Part shown: positions 9,909 to 12,886 of the stretch, in pieces
Numbering within the stretch: the stretch's first letter is position 1
How the letters are laid out: each line of letters opens with the position of its first letter
Source of the DNA: a virus
Lineage: Duplodnaviria > Heunggongvirae > Uroviricota > Caudoviricetes
Virus record (IMG/VR): IMGVR_UViG_2703718860_000015
DNA: 12,886 nt
Reading direction: 5' to 3' (one strand)
Made by a program: the position numbers and the translations under genes
The notes under the pieces: generated by a model
Told to the model about the DNA's origin: nothing
Seen by the model: the letters and a program-made list of their open reading frames with translations, nothing else
The model's database searches: none

Positions 9909-10409
9909 TTAGGCGCGACGACCCTTTTGCGCGGCTAGCCATCGCGCAACGATTTCTTCAATTGATTCTTTTTTCTCCTTCATTTCCTTAAGCATTTTCT
10001 CTTTATCTTCTTTGGGGAAAGCCCTGAACGTCTGGAGCAAATCCCGCTCCATGGGGTCTATATTAAACGGAAGTTCGTTTTCCGATTGTTCCATATCTGC
10101 AGATATAGTGACAACATTGTCCTCCCCAGATTCTTGGGGATACATCCTTACAATTTGTAACAACTCGGCCATATCTGGTCTGATTGACTCGGGAGGAACT
10201 TGCAGCAACCCTGCGAACTTGATAACAGCCTCAAGATTTAAAGGTGTCTGACCATTTAGATAATGGCTTACAGCTCCCTGTGTCGAAAATCCCAGAATTT
10301 CTGCCGCACGCTCTTGGGTTAACCCTAGTTGATTTTTTTTCGCCGTCCAGATTTCTTTCAGTCTCTGGGCGGCTTGCAGGTCGATCTCTGACAGGGATTT
10401 TCTTTTCAT
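9909..10409 (-). CDS. paaR: cI-like prophage repressor, XRE-family HTH regulator (PaaR2-like), 166 aa, no S24 peptidase domain
   Basis: N-terminal HTH (LTQERAAEILGFSTQGAVSHYLNGQ) and a C-terminal charged helical region (KEDKEKMLKEMKEKKESIEE); no LexA-like Ser/Lys autocleavage domain. Divergent from the cro-like gene, and 17 nt upstream of the antitoxin gene on the same strand. Confidence 0.88.
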   Translation of the reverse strand: MKRKSLSEIDLQAAQRLKEIWTAKKNQLGLTQERAAEILGFSTQGAVSHYLNGQTPLNLEAVIKFAGLLQVPPESIRPDMAELLQIVRMYPQESGEDNVVTISADMEQSENELPFNIDPMERDLLQTFRAFPKEDKEKMLKEMKEKKESIEEIVARWLAAQKGRRA

Positions 10410-10516
10410 ACCTTCAATTCTAATAAGATTATTAATCTCTTTGAAATAGTGATGCTATTTACTTTTAAAAATAACAATGCTATTAATGATCGTGATGACA
10501 TCACATGAGGTGAACA
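10410..10516. promoter_or_regulatory. Divergent promoter/operator region (OR-like) between repressor and cro-like gene
   Basis: AT-rich 107-bp intergenic region with palindromes TAATAAGATTATTA (10421-10434) and GTGATGACATCAC (10492-10504), repeated ATGCTATT motifs (10452-10459, 10477-10484), and a candidate rightward promoter (-35 TTTACT 10458-10463, -10 TATTAA 10481-10486) ahead of the cro-like GAGGTGA ribosome-binding site. Confidence 0.5.
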
Positions 10517-10792
10517 ATGAATCTTGGAGAATATTTGCATCATTCCGGTATAACTCAGAAGCATTTTGCTGAAATTGTTGGGGTAACCCAAGGGATGGTA
10601 AGCCATGTCATTACCGGACGGGCGAAACTTACGGGGGAAAAAATTTTACGCTGGTGCGAAGCAACAGGCTGGATAGTAACTCCGCACGAGATTGATAGCA
10701 GTACTTATCCCAACCCAACCGACGGCTTACCTGTCGAGTATCAGGCTAACACACAACCAGAGGCGGGGGTGATTCATGAAAATCAAGCATGA
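10517..10792 (+). CDS. ydaS: Cro-like HTH regulator (YdaS-like), 91 aa
   Basis: ATG at 10517 with GAGGTGA upstream; HTH signature ITQKHFAEIVGVTQGMVSHVITGR; divergent from the repressor gene. Confidence 0.85.
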   Translation: MNLGEYLHHSGITQKHFAEIVGVTQGMVSHVITGRAKLTGEKILRWCEATGWIVTPHEIDSSTYPNPTDGLPVEYQANTQPEAGVIHENQA

Positions 10793-11201
10793 ACACATCC
10801 GCATGGCAATGAATGCCTGGGCGTATCCAGACGGTGAGAAAGTTCCAGCAGCTGAAATAGCCCGGACTTATTTCGAGCTGGGGATGACGTTCCCGGAACT
10901 GTACGACGACAGCCATCCGGAAGCCCTGGCTCGTAATACCCAGAAAATTTTCCGCTGGGTGGAGAAGGACACGTCTGATGCTGTTGAAAAAATTCAGGCG
11001 CTGTTACCGGCGATCGAAAAGGCGATGCCGCCTTTGCTGGTGGCCCGTATGCGCAGTCACAGTTCTGAATATTACCGGGAGATCGTCGAACGACGGGATC
11101 GGCTGGTGAAAGATGTGGATGATTTTGTCGCTGTAGCGATCGCCTGGGGCACCCTGACTAACAGTGGTGGTCAGCCTGGTAATGCAGTTGTTGTGCATTG
11201 A
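10776..11201 (+). CDS. ydaT: YdaT-like protein (functional CII equivalent in Rac/CP-933P-type prophages), 141 aa
   Basis: Protein begins MKIKHEHIRMAMNAWAYPDGEK, as YdaT-family proteins do; overlaps the 3' end of the cro-like gene by 17 nt; sits in the cII position. Confidence 0.85.
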   Translation: MKIKHEHIRMAMNAWAYPDGEKVPAAEIARTYFELGMTFPELYDDSHPEALARNTQKIFRWVEKDTSDAVEKIQALLPAIEKAMPPLLVARMRSHSSEYYREIVERRDRLVKDVDDFVAVAIAWGTLTNSGGQPGNAVVVH

Positions 11202-11269
11202 CCAACAATATTTATACCGGATTTCTTCCGGAAGTTCGTGGGTAAAGTTCGGTATCAGAAGAGGTGAGT

Positions 11270-12307
11270 ATGGCTAATGCCTGGCTCAGATTGTGGCATG
11301 ACATGCCAAATGACCCCAAGTGGCGAACGATTGCCAGGGTATCAGGACAGCCAATCGCAACAGTGATGGCAGTGTATATCCATCTTCTGGTGAGCGCGTC
11401 ACGAAATGTCACGACATGTCACGGCGTGTCACTACGTGGTCACATTGATGTCACGACGGAAGATTTAGCAAGTGCGCTTGATGTGACGGAAGACGTAATT
11501 GATTCAATTTTGCATGCAATGCAGGGGCGGGTTCTGGATGGTGACCTTATTTCCGGATGGGAAAAACGTCAGGTGCTGAAAGAGGACAATGGTAACGTTT
11601 CGCAAACGGCAAAATCCCCGGCAGAGCGCAAGAGAGCGCAGCGGGAGCGCGAAAAGCTGCGGAAATATGATGCTGATTGTCACGATGAGTCACGACGTGT
11701 CACGCATCTGTCACGACAAGTCACGACAGATAAAGATACAGATACAGAATTAAACCCCACACATAACGCGCGCATGCGCGAGAGTGCTCCAACCGGTGAG
11801 TCGAATGGTGCGTCGTTGCAGACAGCCGAACCTGAATTCCTGGACGGCCTGAGCGAACCGATCGGGAAATTTTCGATGACCACTGTCTGGCAGCCGTCGC
11901 CGGATTTTCGACAACGGGCAGCAGTGTGGGGTATGGCTCTGCCTGAGCCGGAATTTACACCTGCAGAGCTTGCCGCATTCCGGGATTACTGGATGGCGGA
12001 GGGGAAGGTTTTCACGCAGGTTCAGTGGGAGCAGAAATTTGCCCGCCACGTGCAGCACGTCAGGGCACAGGTAAAACCAGTCAGCAAGGGGGTAAGCCAT
12101 GCAGCATCAGGTGGCACGGCATCACGGGCAGTTCAGGAAATCCGGGCAGCACGCGAACAGTGGGAACGTGAAAACGGATTTATCAGCAACGGAAACGGCC
12201 TGGAAGCTGTGGGAGCTTATGGGGGAGGTGTATTCGAACCGCTGGACACAGAAGAACGGGGCCGCACCTTCGAAGCTCTGGATTGCCCAGATTGGCGCGA
12301 TGACTGA
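11270..12307 (+). CDS. Phage replication initiator (O-like), contains the origin iterons, 345 aa
   Basis: ATG at 11270 preceded by GAGGTGA (the track ORF begins at GTG 11264). N-terminal W/R-rich DNA-binding-like region (ANAWLRLWHDMPNDPKWRTIARV). Two clusters of GTCACG iterons lie within the coding sequence, as in the lambda O gene. Confidence 0.85.
   Translation: MANAWLRLWHDMPNDPKWRTIARVSGQPIATVMAVYIHLLVSASRNVTTCHGVSLRGHIDVTTEDLASALDVTEDVIDSILHAMQGRVLDGDLISGWEKRQVLKEDNGNVSQTAKSPAERKRAQREREKLRKYDADCHDESRRVTHLSRQVTTDKDTDTELNPTHNARMRESAPTGESNGASLQTAEPEFLDGLSEPIGKFSMTTVWQPSPDFRQRAAVWGMALPEPEFTPAELAAFRDYWMAEGKVFTQVQWEQKFARHVQHVRAQVKPVSKGVSHAASGGTASRAVQEIRAAREQWERENGFISNGNGLEAVGAYGGGVFEPLDTEERGRTFEALDCPDWRDD
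11398..11459 (+). repeat. Origin iteron cluster 1: six GTCAC(G) repeats at 10-11 bp spacing
   Basis: GTCAC starts at 11398, 11408, 11418, 11428, 11439 and 11450 (spacings 10, 10, 10, 11, 11), inside the O-like gene. Confidence 0.7.
11679..11757 (+). repeat. Origin iteron cluster 2 (five GTCACGA repeats) plus adjacent AT-rich element
   Basis: GTCAC starts at 11679, 11689, 11699, 11710 and 11720 (spacings 10, 10, 11, 10), followed by the A/T-rich ATAAAGATACAGATACAGAATTAAA (11730-11755), consistent with a DNA unwinding element. Confidence 0.7.
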
Positions 12308-12761
12308 ACAGCAAATCCGGATGGTCTGCCGTCAGTGCATGGACCGCTGCCGGGCGGGTGAAACGTGGCCCCCGGACCTGGCTGAGTTTGTTGCACTGAT
12401 TTCGGAGAGTGGGGCAAATCCATTTGGTCTTACGGTGGATGCCGTGATGGAAGAGTACCGGCGCTGGCGCAATGAATCCTGGCGATACGACGGGAGTGAT
12501 AAATACCCGTGGCCACAGCCTGTGCTGTACCACATCTGCCTCGAAATGCGTACCAGAGGGATTGAGCGCCAGATGACGCAGGGTGAGTTAAAACGACTTG
12601 CGGAACGGCAACTGACGAAATGGGCAAAGCATGTTGGTAACGGGATGAGTGTTCCGCCAGTGCGACGACAACTGGAAGGGGCGAAACACCCTCAAGGGCC
12701 AACGCCAATTGAACGGCTGAAACAGGAATACGAACGCCGGAAGGCAGCTGGTTTTATTTGA
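12099..12761 (+). CDS. Replication protein P-like (helicase loader), start uncertain (12099, 12219 or 12300)
   Basis: Central and C-terminal region (AMTEQQIRMVCRQCMDRCRAGETWPPDLAEFVALISE ... YPWPQPVLYHICLEMRTRG ... ELKRLAERQLTKWAKHV) resembles lambda P as I recall it (FLPSPGQFVAWCRE ... YPWKSNAHYWLVTNLY ... ELRRKAADELVHMTARI). AAGGGGG lies 6 nt before ATG 12099; ATG 12300 overlaps the O-like stop. Confidence 0.65.
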   Translation: MQHQVARHHGQFRKSGQHANSGNVKTDLSATETAWKLWELMGEVYSNRWTQKNGAAPSKLWIAQIGAMTEQQIRMVCRQCMDRCRAGETWPPDLAEFVALISESGANPFGLTVDAVMEEYRRWRNESWRYDGSDKYPWPQPVLYHICLEMRTRGIERQMTQGELKRLAERQLTKWAKHVGNGMSVPPVRRQLEGAKHPQGPTPIERLKQEYERRKAAGFI

Positions 12762-12794
12762 ATCTGAGAAACGATTTTGTCGGAGGAAATTTTA

Positions 12795-12886
12795 ATGGAA
12801 ACCGTATTTGACGCACTGAAAGCACTGAAAAAAGCCTCTTCACAGGTAGTGGCATCGCGCCTTGGAATCAGCCGTGAAGATGCGGT
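12795..12886 (+). CDS. Hypothetical phage protein, 5' fragment (continues beyond window)
   Basis: ATG at 12795 with GGAGG 8 nt upstream; open to the window end (METVFDALKALKKASSQVVASRLGISREDA...). Confidence 0.4.
   Translation, partial: METVFDALKALKKASSQVVASRLGISREDA

Larger units (their letters stand above)
3526..12886. mobile_element. Lambdoid (Rac / CP-933P-like) prophage, left arm from attL at serU; right end beyond window
   Basis: Starting directly after the serU 3' end: lambda-family tyrosine integrase, excisionase, RecE-like exonuclease, cI-like repressor divergent from cro-like gene, cII-equivalent, iteron-bearing O-like and P-like replication genes. Gene order is that of a lambdoid early region. 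Confidence 0.85.

Noticed and set aside
10406-10606. Minus-strand 66-aa ORF across the operator region and the cro-like gene start
   Set aside because: Antisense to the well-supported cro-like gene and spanning the AT-rich promoter/operator region; low-complexity translation.
11398-11729. Regularly spaced GTCACG repeats that could be mistaken for a CRISPR array
   Set aside because: Units are only about 10 bp with no unique spacers of CRISPR length, both clusters are in frame within a replication initiator gene, and an AT-rich element follows: this is an iteron-type origin.
11750-12708. Minus-strand ORFs (67-116 aa) within the O-like and P-like genes
   Set aside because: Antisense to plus-strand genes with ribosome-binding sites and recognisable protein features; Arg/Pro-rich translations typical of GC-rich antisense frames.

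Overview
This window holds an Escherichia coli chromosomal segment (yeeJ 5' end, asnT, mtfA, serU) followed by the left arm of a lambdoid prophage inserted directly downstream of tRNA-Ser(CGA) serU; the prophage runs off the right edge of the window. All calls rest on manual reading of the sequence and the supplied ORF track, and homologies are recalled from memory, not searched. The prophage arm reads leftward (minus strand) from the immunity region: a cI-like HTH repressor, a ParE-family toxin-antitoxin pair, a terminator, a candidate OL/PL region, coupled small ORFs, a large RecE-like protein ending in a DnaQ-type DEDDh exonuclease domain, excisionase and integrase. Rightward (plus strand) are a Cro-like and a YdaT/CII-like regulator, a replication initiator with two in-gene iteron clusters, and a lambda P-like helicase loader. 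The repressor-antitoxin-toxin operon with divergent ydaS/ydaT matches the described PaaR2-PaaA2-ParE2 bistable switch of cryptic prophage CP-933P, so that part is known biology. I did not find a clearly novel system. The least explained parts are the 0.8 kb ORF-poor block at 7776-8576, the uncharacterised small proteins of the early-left operon, the two-cluster origin, and the domain makeup of the 814-aa exonuclease.
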